Positions 10,139 through 18,670 of a stretch of 64,000 nt of DNA are shown here, piece by piece (position 1 is the first letter of the stretch; every line of letters starts with the position of its first letter). A model generated the notes under the pieces. The model was not told where the DNA came from and made no database searches. It worked only from the letters and a program-made list of their open reading frames with translations. A program made the position numbers and the translations under genes. This stretch comes from Candidatus Omnitrophota bacterium. Its GTDB lineage: Bacteria; Omnitrophota; Omnitrophia; Omnitrophales; Aquincolibacteriaceae. The stretch lies in NCBI GenBank assembly GCA_003140935.1, contig PLLJ01000042.1:10144-74143 (forward strand), in the 5' to 3' direction.

Positions 10139-10735
10139 ATGGAGACGAAGGCGAACGAGCATGCTAAGACCACAAACCACCATACCAACAAACGCCAGGC
10201 GAAGAATCTCATCATTCATCGTCCTATGCAGCGGGAATTTTCTTTCATGTTGATCGCCCTTTTCATGGTGGCCTCGGCGGCGGTAGCCTGGGTCATTCAT
10301 CAAACGATCCGTGATGCGGCCTTCGGAGGGAACTTTACTTTCGGGAAGGTCAATCCCTCCGAAATTCTCTATGATGTGAGTTATTCGATCATCATTCGCG
10401 TGACCCTGGTGCTGATCCTCACGCTGATCATTATTGGCGCTTATGGCGTGGTTTTTCTCCACCGGGTGGCCGGCCCGGTTTACCGGTTCCGCCAGATCTT
10501 GCTGAAAGTGAATCGCGGAGAAATGCCCCAGGATATCAAACTTCGCGAGGGGGATTTTTTCCACGATATGGCCCATGATATCAATGTCATTTTGAAGCGC
10601 CTTCGCTCGGAACAAAGCAAGATCTCCGAGCTTAAGATCAAAATAAATGATTTTCAGAAAAGCGCATTACCGGAGGATGTTCGTCAGAAGGCGGAAGACA
10701 TGAAGACGGTCTTGGACTCCTTTTCAAAACTTTAA
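10139..10735 (+). CDS. Small membrane protein with two TM helices and a HAMP-like amphipathic linker region
   Basis: AAGGAG RBS 7 nt upstream of the ATG at 10139. Two hydrophobic helices are followed by AGPVYRFRQILLKVNRGEMPQDIKLREGDFFHDMAHDINVIL, which looks HAMP-like. No output domain. Confidence 0.45.
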   Translation: METKANEHAKTTNHHTNKRQAKNLIIHRPMQREFSFMLIALFMVASAAVAWVIHQTIRDAAFGGNFTFGKVNPSEILYDVSYSIIIRVTLVLILTLIIIGAYGVVFLHRVAGPVYRFRQILLKVNRGEMPQDIKLREGDFFHDMAHDINVILKRLRSEQSKISELKIKINDFQKSALPEDVRQKAEDMKTVLDSFSKL

Positions 10736-10945
10736 GGCGGAGTTTCTGTAACTTATTTTGCAACAACAGGATACGACTTTTTTGCAAGAGATCTAAAGAT
10801 CCATGAGGATGGACCAGCCGTTCCGGAGAAATCCCACAAGCTTTAAACTTTTTTTTCGGACCCCTTGTCTTTATCTTTTTAAAAGGGTATACTCCCTGCC
10901 GACCCTCGCCATGCAGTATCATTCCACGAAAGGAGTAACAAAAAA

Positions 10946-11554
10946 ATGAAGAAGGTTAATAGCGGTATGACATTAGCGCTCGTTGCGTTGATGGTCGTCG
11001 GCTTTGGAGTTCCCGCTTTTGCGGCTGCTCCCGCGGCGAACGAGCTTGTGATCGCGGATTTTGATACCGGGGACAAGCCGAATAACATCGGTGGCGATTT
11101 CGGTGGATGGGACAAGGATCCGAACGATGAGTCCCAGGGATGCCAGATGTCTTTCGATACGGACGATAGCCAGGGGGATGCTGCCGGCTATTCGATTCGT
11201 CTCGATTACGATGTGGATTCTCCGAACCCGGCTTACAATGGTTTCTGGATGAAGCTGAACGGCGAGGATGCAACGGCTTACAACACTCTCAATTTCTACG
11301 TCAAGGGAGATGCCAAGGCCGGTTACACCAAGCGTTTCAAGATCGAGCTTAAGGACATGACGAACAAGCCTTCCGCTTATATCGTGAGCGGTGTCACGGA
11401 CCAGTGGCAAAAGATCTCGATCCCGTTCGAAAAGTTCCGTCGCATTGAAAACTGGAACTCTTTGAACGAGATTGTTTTTGTTTTCGACGATATCAACTCC
11501 AGTCCGAAGACCGGAAGCATTTTGATCGATCAGATCACGTTCTCGAAGCAATAA
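10946..11554 (+). CDS. Secreted protein with a CBM/CIA30-like beta-sandwich domain
   Basis: Strong RBS AAAGGAG. Signal peptide MKKVNSGMTLALVALMVVGFGVPAFAAAP. The downstream pattern (KIELKD...WQKISIPF...IVFVFDD...ILIDQITF) resembles carbohydrate-binding/CIA30-type beta-sandwich domains. Confidence 0.5.
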   Translation: MKKVNSGMTLALVALMVVGFGVPAFAAAPAANELVIADFDTGDKPNNIGGDFGGWDKDPNDESQGCQMSFDTDDSQGDAAGYSIRLDYDVDSPNPAYNGFWMKLNGEDATAYNTLNFYVKGDAKAGYTKRFKIELKDMTNKPSAYIVSGVTDQWQKISIPFEKFRRIENWNSLNEIVFVFDDINSSPKTGSILIDQITFSKQ

Positions 11555-11584
11555 TCGAGGCGTGTTGGAAGAAGTTGTTTCGAA

Positions 11585-11620
11585 GCAGCCCCGCTTTTAA
11601 AAGCGGGGCTGCTTTTTTTT
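11585..11620 (+). terminator. Rho-independent terminator
   Basis: gcagccccgc-ttttaaaa-gcggggctgc followed by tttttttt. Confidence 0.75.
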
Positions 11621-11865
11621 GTCCCGCATCCCTTTGAAGGCAGGATTTCAAGGACCTTCATGCGCGCCCTGAGACACCGGTGCGCATGCCTCCAACCCCG
11701 GGAGGGCTGGATGGGGGTGAAGTTCCCCGCGATCTCCGGGGTTAAAAGCCCGCGATTTCGGCCGATAATAAACGAGAGTGTCCTGACTTAGAATAGCTCT
11801 AGCACCTTGATGCTATTGATGTTAGGGTAGGTGCAGTACCTGGAGATGATAGAGGGGTATCCCCG

Positions 11866-13434
11866 ATGCAAAAGAACGACGGCATTTATGCCGTAAGTGT
11901 GAGCCGCGTATTGCCGGCCAAGCGTTGGCAGGTCCTGCGTCTGCTCACGCGCGTTCAGGATTTCCCGCGCTTTTTGCCCAGTATCCTGGAATGTAAGGTT
12001 CTTTCCCGGGAACGGAAACGCGTGATCAGTTCCTGGCTCGTAGAAATGGAAAAGATCCCGATCTCCTGGACAGAAGAAGAGATCCTGGATCTTCGCCATT
12101 TCATGATCCGTTTCCGGGCCCTGAAGGGTGACTTGGAGAGGTTCGAAGGCTTCTGGAAACTTGAGGAACATGCCTCCGGAGGCACCGAACTTTTTGTCGA
12201 AGCCACCCTCAAACTCGGCATTCCGGTATTCGAAGTGGTGGCGGGCGGGATCATCGCGGACAAGATCCGGAACTATTTTGATTCGCTCCTCAGGGCTTTT
12301 GAAGAGGAGTTATCCAAGCGCCGCTACCACAGGGTGAAAGACCGGCCCTCGCAACAGGTGGGCGGGTTCGCGGTAATCGGCCATCCTTACAATCTTCAAC
12401 ACCTCATTGATTTTTTCGAAGCCCACAAACAAGGCCGGACGATCCAGTCACCGGAATTTCTCGCCAAGATCTTTGAAGAGGCTCCTTCATTCGAAGCGGA
12501 CGCGATCCGGGAGTTTCGCAGTGCGAACGGCAAGACCGTCAATGGGTCCTTCATCGTCTGTAATATCATTCCCGATATGCTGGATATGGACATCGAGAAA
12601 GCGGTCCGTAAGGTCGTGGACGCCTGCAAACTCGCGGAGCGCTGCGGGTTCGGCATTGTCGCGCTGGGCGGTTTCACGTCGATCGCGGGCGAACGTTATG
12701 GGGACGAATTCCTTAAAAGGGTGCACATCCCCGTGACGACCGGCAACACGCTTACGGCCGCGCTCGCCGTCGAACAGGTGAAGAAGGCGGCGGCGCTCAT
12801 GGAGCTGGATCTTTCCCAGGCGAGCGTGACGATCCTGGGCGGGGCGGGTGATATCGGAAGCGCCTGCGCGCGCGGCCTGGCCGACAGGGTCCGGGAGATC
12901 ACGGTGACGAGCCGCACGGGAAAAAGTTTCGGCTGGATCAAGAAAGAGATCGCGAAAGCGGGAAAGGCCAAGGTCCGCACGAGTCTTAATAACCGCGCTG
13001 CCGTCAAGAATGCCGACATTGTAATCGCGGCCGCAAGTGCCCATAAATCGATCGTCGATGTTTCGGATTTCAAGCCCGGCGCCATCGTCTGCGACATCGG
13101 CTATCCGAAGAACATCTCCTATTCCAAAAGTGATCGTCAGGACATCCTGGTATTCTCAGGCGGCATTTGTGAGATCCCGTGCGAGTTCCGCACCTCGTTT
13201 GACCACAGTCTCCCCACACCGAAGGTCCTTTTCGGATGTTTTTCCGAGGCGATCGTGCTTGCGCTCGAGGAGCGCTACGAGCGTTTTTCTTGGGGGAAAG
13301 GAAACATCACCAAGGAAAAAATGGCGGAGATCCTCGGGTTAGCGGCCAAACACGGGTTCCATCCCGCTCCTTTCTTTTGGGGAGAACGGCTCTTATCGGA
13401 CGATGAAGTAAAAGCGATCAGGATCGAGGCATGA
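11866..13434 (+). CDS. Fusion protein: N-terminal SRPBCC (START/polyketide-cyclase-like) ligand-binding domain plus C-terminal acyl-ACP reductase (cyanobacterial AAR family) homologue
   Basis: The N-terminal 150 aa (YAVSVSRVLPAKRWQVLRLLTRVQDFPRFLP...) are SRPBCC-like. The C-terminal ~340 aa carry AAR hallmark motifs: FAVIGH, IVALGGFTSI, TTGNT, GGAGDIGSA, CDIGYPKN, FGCFSEAIVLALEERYERFSWGKGNITKEKMAEI, HGF. Confidence 0.75.
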   Translation: MQKNDGIYAVSVSRVLPAKRWQVLRLLTRVQDFPRFLPSILECKVLSRERKRVISSWLVEMEKIPISWTEEEILDLRHFMIRFRALKGDLERFEGFWKLEEHASGGTELFVEATLKLGIPVFEVVAGGIIADKIRNYFDSLLRAFEEELSKRRYHRVKDRPSQQVGGFAVIGHPYNLQHLIDFFEAHKQGRTIQSPEFLAKIFEEAPSFEADAIREFRSANGKTVNGSFIVCNIIPDMLDMDIEKAVRKVVDACKLAERCGFGIVALGGFTSIAGERYGDEFLKRVHIPVTTGNTLTAALAVEQVKKAAALMELDLSQASVTILGGAGDIGSACARGLADRVREITVTSRTGKSFGWIKKEIAKAGKAKVRTSLNNRAAVKNADIVIAAASAHKSIVDVSDFKPGAIVCDIGYPKNISYSKSDRQDILVFSGGICEIPCEFRTSFDHSLPTPKVLFGCFSEAIVLALEERYERFSWGKGNITKEKMAEILGLAAKHGFHPAPFFWGERLLSDDEVKAIRIEA

Positions 13435-13468
13435 GACTGGAGATCACAGACCCCAGGCTGAAGCGACC

Positions 13469-15778
13469 ATGCGTTCCCGTGCCTTCTTTTCGCCTCATGC
13501 CGGGAAAACCTTTTGGCTGCGGTCTTCAGTCTCCGGTCTTCAGTCTCCTCGGGTTCTTATGGGAACTTTAGCGCACGCTTTTCAATTCAACTGGTACGCG
13601 CTTCCCGTGGGAGGGATCGGCATCCTGATGTTCCTCACGGGATTCTTCATCTATCTCCAGAACCGCCGTTCCCCGGTGAACTTCTCTTTTTTCCTGATCT
13701 GTCTTTGCGGGATCCTTTGGCTCGTCGGGATCGCGGCGGTCTATGCGGCCTCCGATCCCAGTCTCGCGCTTTTGATCTACCGGCGCGTGAGTTTTCTCGG
13801 CGTGGCCTTCATATCTCCGTGTATCTATTGCTTTTCCGTGTTCTGGCTTGGCCGCTACAAGAAACAACGAGTACTGGTCTGGACCTTTTTCGCGACGAGC
13901 ACCGCGTTCTATCTGACAGGACTTGTTTCCGCCTCGAGTTTTCCGGGTATCTACCGCTATTTTTGGGGTTATTACCCGCAGTACGGTCCTGTGAACCGCT
14001 GGTTCCTCTTCTTTTTTCTTGTGGCCATTTTGACCGCGTTCTATAACTTTATCACCGCCTACCGGCGCGAATCCCCGGGTCTCCGCAAGAAACAGATCTC
14101 GTTCATCACGATGGCCTTCGTGGTCTCTTTCATCGGCATCTCGGATTTTGTTCCGAAACTGGTCTATAACCCCGTTTACCCGCTCGGATCCCTGTGCGTG
14201 TTTTTCTGGATGCTGGTCGTAGCTTACGCGATCATCCGCTATAAGGCGATGGATATCGAGACCGTTATCCACAAAACCCTTATGTGGCTGGCCACAACGA
14301 CCGCTGCGATCGTTCCGTTTGCCGCGCTTATTTACTGGACCCAGCGCTTCCGGGACCCCTCTTCTGCCTGGGGTTCGACGTTCTATTACCTTGCGGTCGC
14401 CATCGCATTCTATTTTTATTTCCGGTCGATCCAGCCCCGGCTCGACCATCTCTTCCAGCGTCAGAGGAGGAACCTGCTTGCGGTCATGACCCGGTTTTCC
14501 AGGGAACTGGTGCTTTTGAAGAATCTCCGTGATCTCCTGCAGAGTTTTGCCCGGATGCTCCGTCGCCAGCTTTATGTGCGCCGCCTTTCGGTCTTTCTGC
14601 TCGACGAAAAAAACGGCGAATATATTCCGGCCATCGCGAAAGGTCTGCGCAATCTTAAACCTTTCGCCAAGGACCATCCGTTCCTGGCCTGGCTTGAGAA
14701 AAAGGACGGGGTCGTGATGGGGGACCTTGTCAGTGCCGATCCTGAAGTCGAGACATTCAAAGGCGAGACCGAGGAATTTTTCCTTGCGACACAGGGGATG
14801 GTCGCGGTACCGCTCGTGCTGGGCGGGAAGCTTATCGGGGTGGTGAGTCTCGGCCGCAAGGCGAATCTGAAACCCTACCGGCCCAACGAGGTCCGGTTCC
14901 TTGCCGAGCTCAAGATCCCGGTGACGATCGCGTTCTCAAATTCCATGCAATATGAGAATATCAGCGAGCTTTATACCCAGGTCCGCGGGATGAGCGAGGA
15001 ACTCAAACGCTGGAATGTGGAACTGGAGCGTCGCGTGGGAGACCGGACACGGGAGCTCGTCAGGACCCAGGAGCAGTTGACCCAGGCCGAAAAGCTCGCG
15101 ACGCTGGGAACGCTCGCCGGCGGCGTAGCACATGAGATCAATAATCCGCTGACCGCGGTGCTGACGAACGCGCAGATCCTTAAGATGACCGCGGGCGAGG
15201 ACGTCAAGGAGTCGCTTGATCTCATCGAGGAAGGTGCGAAACGCTGCCAGGGGATCGTGCAGAAACTTATGAAATACGCCCGGAAAACCGCGGAAGAGGC
15301 GCCCCATAAGGACGTCGACTTGCGCGACGTGGTGAAAGGCACCTGCGCCCTTTTGGGTTTCCAGTTCCAGCAGGAGAATATCGTGATCGAGATGAAGCTC
15401 GGGGACGTGCAGGCCGTGAAGGGGATCGCGGGGGAGCTCGATCAAGTGCTTACGAACCTTCTCGTGAACGCCCGCGACGCCATTCAGGCTGCCCGGGTGA
15501 AAGGCAAGATCACGGTTGAAACGCGGGAGACTCCTGACGCGGTCGAGCTCATTGTGACAGACAATGGGATTGGCATCCCCAAGGAGAACCAGAAAAAGAT
15601 CTTTGATCCCTTCTTCACCACCAAGGACGTCGGCTCCGGCACCGGCCTCGGCCTTGCCGTCAGCTTCGGGATCTTGAAGCGCCACAACGCCGCCATCTCA
15701 GTTACCTCCGTCCCCGGCAAAGGCGCCACTTTTACTGTCCGGTTTCCTCTCGCCGTGCCCAAAAGCCTAAACACCTAA
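13469..15778 (+). CDS. Sensor histidine kinase: N-terminal 7TM-type membrane sensor domain, GAF, HisKA, HATPase_c
   Basis: Multiple TM helices end in the conserved YKAMDIETVIHKTL. A GAF-like region is followed by the H-box GGVAHEINNPL and by N, G1 (DNGIGIP) and G2 (GSGTGLGL) boxes. The start may instead be the ATG at 13559. Confidence 0.85.
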   Translation: MRSRAFFSPHAGKTFWLRSSVSGLQSPRVLMGTLAHAFQFNWYALPVGGIGILMFLTGFFIYLQNRRSPVNFSFFLICLCGILWLVGIAAVYAASDPSLALLIYRRVSFLGVAFISPCIYCFSVFWLGRYKKQRVLVWTFFATSTAFYLTGLVSASSFPGIYRYFWGYYPQYGPVNRWFLFFFLVAILTAFYNFITAYRRESPGLRKKQISFITMAFVVSFIGISDFVPKLVYNPVYPLGSLCVFFWMLVVAYAIIRYKAMDIETVIHKTLMWLATTTAAIVPFAALIYWTQRFRDPSSAWGSTFYYLAVAIAFYFYFRSIQPRLDHLFQRQRRNLLAVMTRFSRELVLLKNLRDLLQSFARMLRRQLYVRRLSVFLLDEKNGEYIPAIAKGLRNLKPFAKDHPFLAWLEKKDGVVMGDLVSADPEVETFKGETEEFFLATQGMVAVPLVLGGKLIGVVSLGRKANLKPYRPNEVRFLAELKIPVTIAFSNSMQYENISELYTQVRGMSEELKRWNVELERRVGDRTRELVRTQEQLTQAEKLATLGTLAGGVAHEINNPLTAVLTNAQILKMTAGEDVKESLDLIEEGAKRCQGIVQKLMKYARKTAEEAPHKDVDLRDVVKGTCALLGFQFQQENIVIEMKLGDVQAVKGIAGELDQVLTNLLVNARDAIQAARVKGKITVETRETPDAVELIVTDNGIGIPKENQKKIFDPFFTTKDVGSGTGLGLAVSFGILKRHNAAISVTSVPGKGATFTVRFPLAVPKSLNT

Positions 15779-15780
15779 AA

Positions 15781-17202
15781 ATGGATCCCTACAGTTTTTC
15801 AGCGCTTTGTTTTGTTTTTTGTTCGTTTTTTGTAGGCATTCTTGTATGGTTGAAACGCTTGGATCAAGTGGGAATGCTTTTCTTTTGGCATTCGATTTGT
15901 ATCTCCCTTTGGGGTGTTGGTTTCGCAATGGTGATTTCACCGGCAACTTCTTACGAAACAGCCCTATGGGCGGCTCGATCAGCTAATGGTGTAGTAGCAT
16001 TTATCCCCATAGCGTGGTTTCATTTTTCACTTACTTTGACAAATAAGTTGGAGCGTCGCAGAAGGGTTCTTTGGGTGCTTTATGGAGTTGCAATTATAAT
16101 TCTTTGTCTTTCATCAACCCCTTGGTTTATTCCTAATCTTTTTCCCATTTTAAATTTTAAGCACTATACACATGCAGGGCCTCTTTACACCCTTTTAACG
16201 TTAGTTTATTTTTTAACGGTACCTCTTGGCTTCTATGAATTGATTCAAAAAACTCGCGTAACTTCAGGAGAAGAAAAAAAACAGCTTCTCGGATTGCTCG
16301 TGGTTTCATTCCTGGGTTATTTGGGCGGTAGTTTAAGTTTTATACCAGTTTATGGCATTCCTTTCCCCCAGTATGGCTTATTTTTACTTCCCATCTTTCC
16401 TTTTGGGCTTGCTTTTGTCATGACTCGAACCAATCTTTTTGAAGTCGAACAATTGGCCCAAGCGGCGCACAGGGACAAACTCACAGCGATAGGCGTGCTT
16501 GCGGCGAGCATCAACCACGAGGTCAAGAATCCTCTTTTCATCATCAAAGGCCTTGCAGAAAATTGTTTGGAACGGCAGAAAGAAGGGATATTCCCGAGTA
16601 AGGAAAAAGCGCTTGAGAGCGCCAATGATGCCATGAAACGAAGCATGGAACAGGCCGATAGGGCCATGGATATCATCAAACGGCTTTCGCTTTTTGCCAA
16701 GGCTGGGATCGACAGCGAGATTAAATTCGAACCGGTCAAGGTCGCGCAGGTGATCGAGGATATTCTCCCGCTTGTTCGCTACGAGCTTGCGGCGTATGGT
16801 ATTGCACTCACGCGTGATTTACCGCCCGATCTTCCGGAGGTTCGTGCCGACCGGCGTTATCTTGAGGAGATCCTCTTTAACCTAATCGTGAATGCCTGCC
16901 AGGCGGTCAAAGAAACCGGTAAGCCGGGCGAGATCGTTATTCGCGCGGTATCTGAAGACGAAAAAGTTCGTGTAACCATTCAGGACAACGGCCCCGGAAT
17001 TCCCGCCGGCAAGCTCAAAGACGTCTTCCGCCCTTTTTACACGACGAAAGCCGAGGGCACCGGTCTCGGCCTTTACATTACCCAACAGCTCATTGAAAAG
17101 ATCCATGGCAGGATCGATGTCCGATCTGAAGTAGGGGTTAATACCGTTTTCTCCATTATTCTGGGGGCGAAGAATACCAGTTTGGAGAAAAATTTGAAGT
17201 AA
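15781..17202 (+). CDS. Sensor histidine kinase with 7TM-type sensor domain (no GAF), HisKA, HATPase_c
   Basis: Paralogous TM domain. H-box ASINHEVKNPL and G-boxes DNGPGIP / GTGLGL. Starts 3 nt after the HK1 stop. Lower GC than HK1. Confidence 0.8.
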   Translation: MDPYSFSALCFVFCSFFVGILVWLKRLDQVGMLFFWHSICISLWGVGFAMVISPATSYETALWAARSANGVVAFIPIAWFHFSLTLTNKLERRRRVLWVLYGVAIIILCLSSTPWFIPNLFPILNFKHYTHAGPLYTLLTLVYFLTVPLGFYELIQKTRVTSGEEKKQLLGLLVVSFLGYLGGSLSFIPVYGIPFPQYGLFLLPIFPFGLAFVMTRTNLFEVEQLAQAAHRDKLTAIGVLAASINHEVKNPLFIIKGLAENCLERQKEGIFPSKEKALESANDAMKRSMEQADRAMDIIKRLSLFAKAGIDSEIKFEPVKVAQVIEDILPLVRYELAAYGIALTRDLPPDLPEVRADRRYLEEILFNLIVNACQAVKETGKPGEIVIRAVSEDEKVRVTIQDNGPGIPAGKLKDVFRPFYTTKAEGTGLGLYITQQLIEKIHGRIDVRSEVGVNTVFSIILGAKNTSLEKNLK

Positions 17203-17271
17203 TTCATTCCATTACAGATGCACAAATATATACCGATACACTAAAGAGTAAAATTCAAACAAAGGTGGATT

Positions 17272-17640
17272 ATGCAAAAAAAGATACTTGTGGTAGATGA
17301 TGAGGAAATTTTAACTGCTACTTTTGTAAAGCTCCTTGAAACAGCGAGATACGATGTGTTGGTCGCATCTCGCGGTGAAGACGCCGTTGTTATGGCTGAG
17401 GAGGACGATTTTGATTTGATAATTTGTGATATCCGTATGCCTGGACAAGATGGAGTGAAAACCATCCAGCAGATTAGAAATCTTTGTGGGAAAAAAGAGA
17501 TTCCTGTGATTTTTATAACGGGCTATGCCGATGAAGTCTTGGAAAAAGAGGCTAATCGGCTTGGTCCCGTAGCGTATATTTACAAACCATTTGATGCTTT
17601 TAAGCTTTTAGATCTTATTAAGAGGGCAATTTCTAAATGA
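17272..17640 (+). CDS. Single-domain response regulator (CheY-like receiver, no output domain)
   Basis: ILVVDDE, an acidic pocket, a phospho-acceptor Asp in LIICDIRMPG, and a conserved T and K. RBS AGGTGG. Confidence 0.85.
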   Translation: MQKKILVVDDEEILTATFVKLLETARYDVLVASRGEDAVVMAEEDDFDLIICDIRMPGQDGVKTIQQIRNLCGKKEIPVIFITGYADEVLEKEANRLGPVAYIYKPFDAFKLLDLIKRAISK

Positions 17641-18659
17641 AAACGCTAGAACCGCCCAAAGTGTTTAACGCTTCTTTAAAGACACAGATACGTAAGTATC
17701 AAAAATATGCTAATGAAATTCGAGAAGAGCTTCAAAAAGCTCCTTTTGAGTGGGGACGGTATCAAAGCGTTTTTAACCAGGAAGTTAATATGGTCTTTTA
17801 TCGAATTATGGAATTTGAAAGGGATCAAATGAAGAGGGGGAGAGAAACAAGTGTTTATAAAATGAAGAAGCTTTTTTTGAATCATTTGCGCAAGGATTTT
17901 TTGTATGGCGATTATATCCGATGGAGTCTTGAAAAGCCCTACGGGTATGCGGGTGATTTCAAAATAATAGATGATATTTATAGGAATGCGCCACGGACAG
18001 AGGGTTTCGACCGTTTATATGACAATTATTTTCAAATGTCTTCCATTTCAGTCGCGGTCCGAAATCGTAAAGAAGATTTTAAAAAGCAAGTTCTGGAAAA
18101 TATCAATAATAAAAAAAATCAAAATATAAAAATTATGGATTTGGCATGTGGTCCGTGCGAGGAAGTCGTGGACATTTTTACATTTCCGTCTCAAATCGAT
18201 TTATCACGTGTCGAGTACCACTGTTACGATAACGACGAGCATGCAATCGAGTTTTCGAAAAAACGACTAGAAGGAATTTCGCAGGTCAAGTTCTTTAAAG
18301 AGAATGCTGTCCGACTTGCTCTCAAAAAAGATGTCGGCGCGTTTATTCCCCATCAATATGATGTGATTTATTCCACAGGTCTTTTTGATTATTTTGATTA
18401 CCGTATTTGCGTTCGCCTCGTCCAAAACTTAAAAAAACTGCTAAAGCCTGGTGGTTTTCTTGCAATTTCAGACGTGCGGGATAAATTTAGTAACCCCTCG
18501 GTTCATTTTATGGAATGGGTGGGGGATTGGAACTTAGTTTATCGCGATGATGAAAATTTTCGCCAAGTTTTTTTTGAGGCTGGGTTCAAAAAAGAAAATT
18601 TAAAAATCGGCTATGAACAGCAAGGGATTTTGCAATACATTTACGCTCGTAATCACTGA
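17637..18659 (+). CDS. Class I SAM-dependent methyltransferase with a ~150 aa N-terminal helical extension
   Basis: Motif I IMDLACGPCEE, the post-I acidic residue in YDND, DVIYSTGLFDYF, and LKPGGFLAISDV. Its start overlaps the stop of the receiver gene (ATGA). The DNA is very AT-rich. Confidence 0.75.
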   Translation: MKTLEPPKVFNASLKTQIRKYQKYANEIREELQKAPFEWGRYQSVFNQEVNMVFYRIMEFERDQMKRGRETSVYKMKKLFLNHLRKDFLYGDYIRWSLEKPYGYAGDFKIIDDIYRNAPRTEGFDRLYDNYFQMSSISVAVRNRKEDFKKQVLENINNKKNQNIKIMDLACGPCEEVVDIFTFPSQIDLSRVEYHCYDNDEHAIEFSKKRLEGISQVKFFKENAVRLALKKDVGAFIPHQYDVIYSTGLFDYFDYRICVRLVQNLKKLLKPGGFLAISDVRDKFSNPSVHFMEWVGDWNLVYRDDENFRQVFFEAGFKKENLKIGYEQQGILQYIYARNH

Positions 18660-18670
18660 GGAGATTTTCT

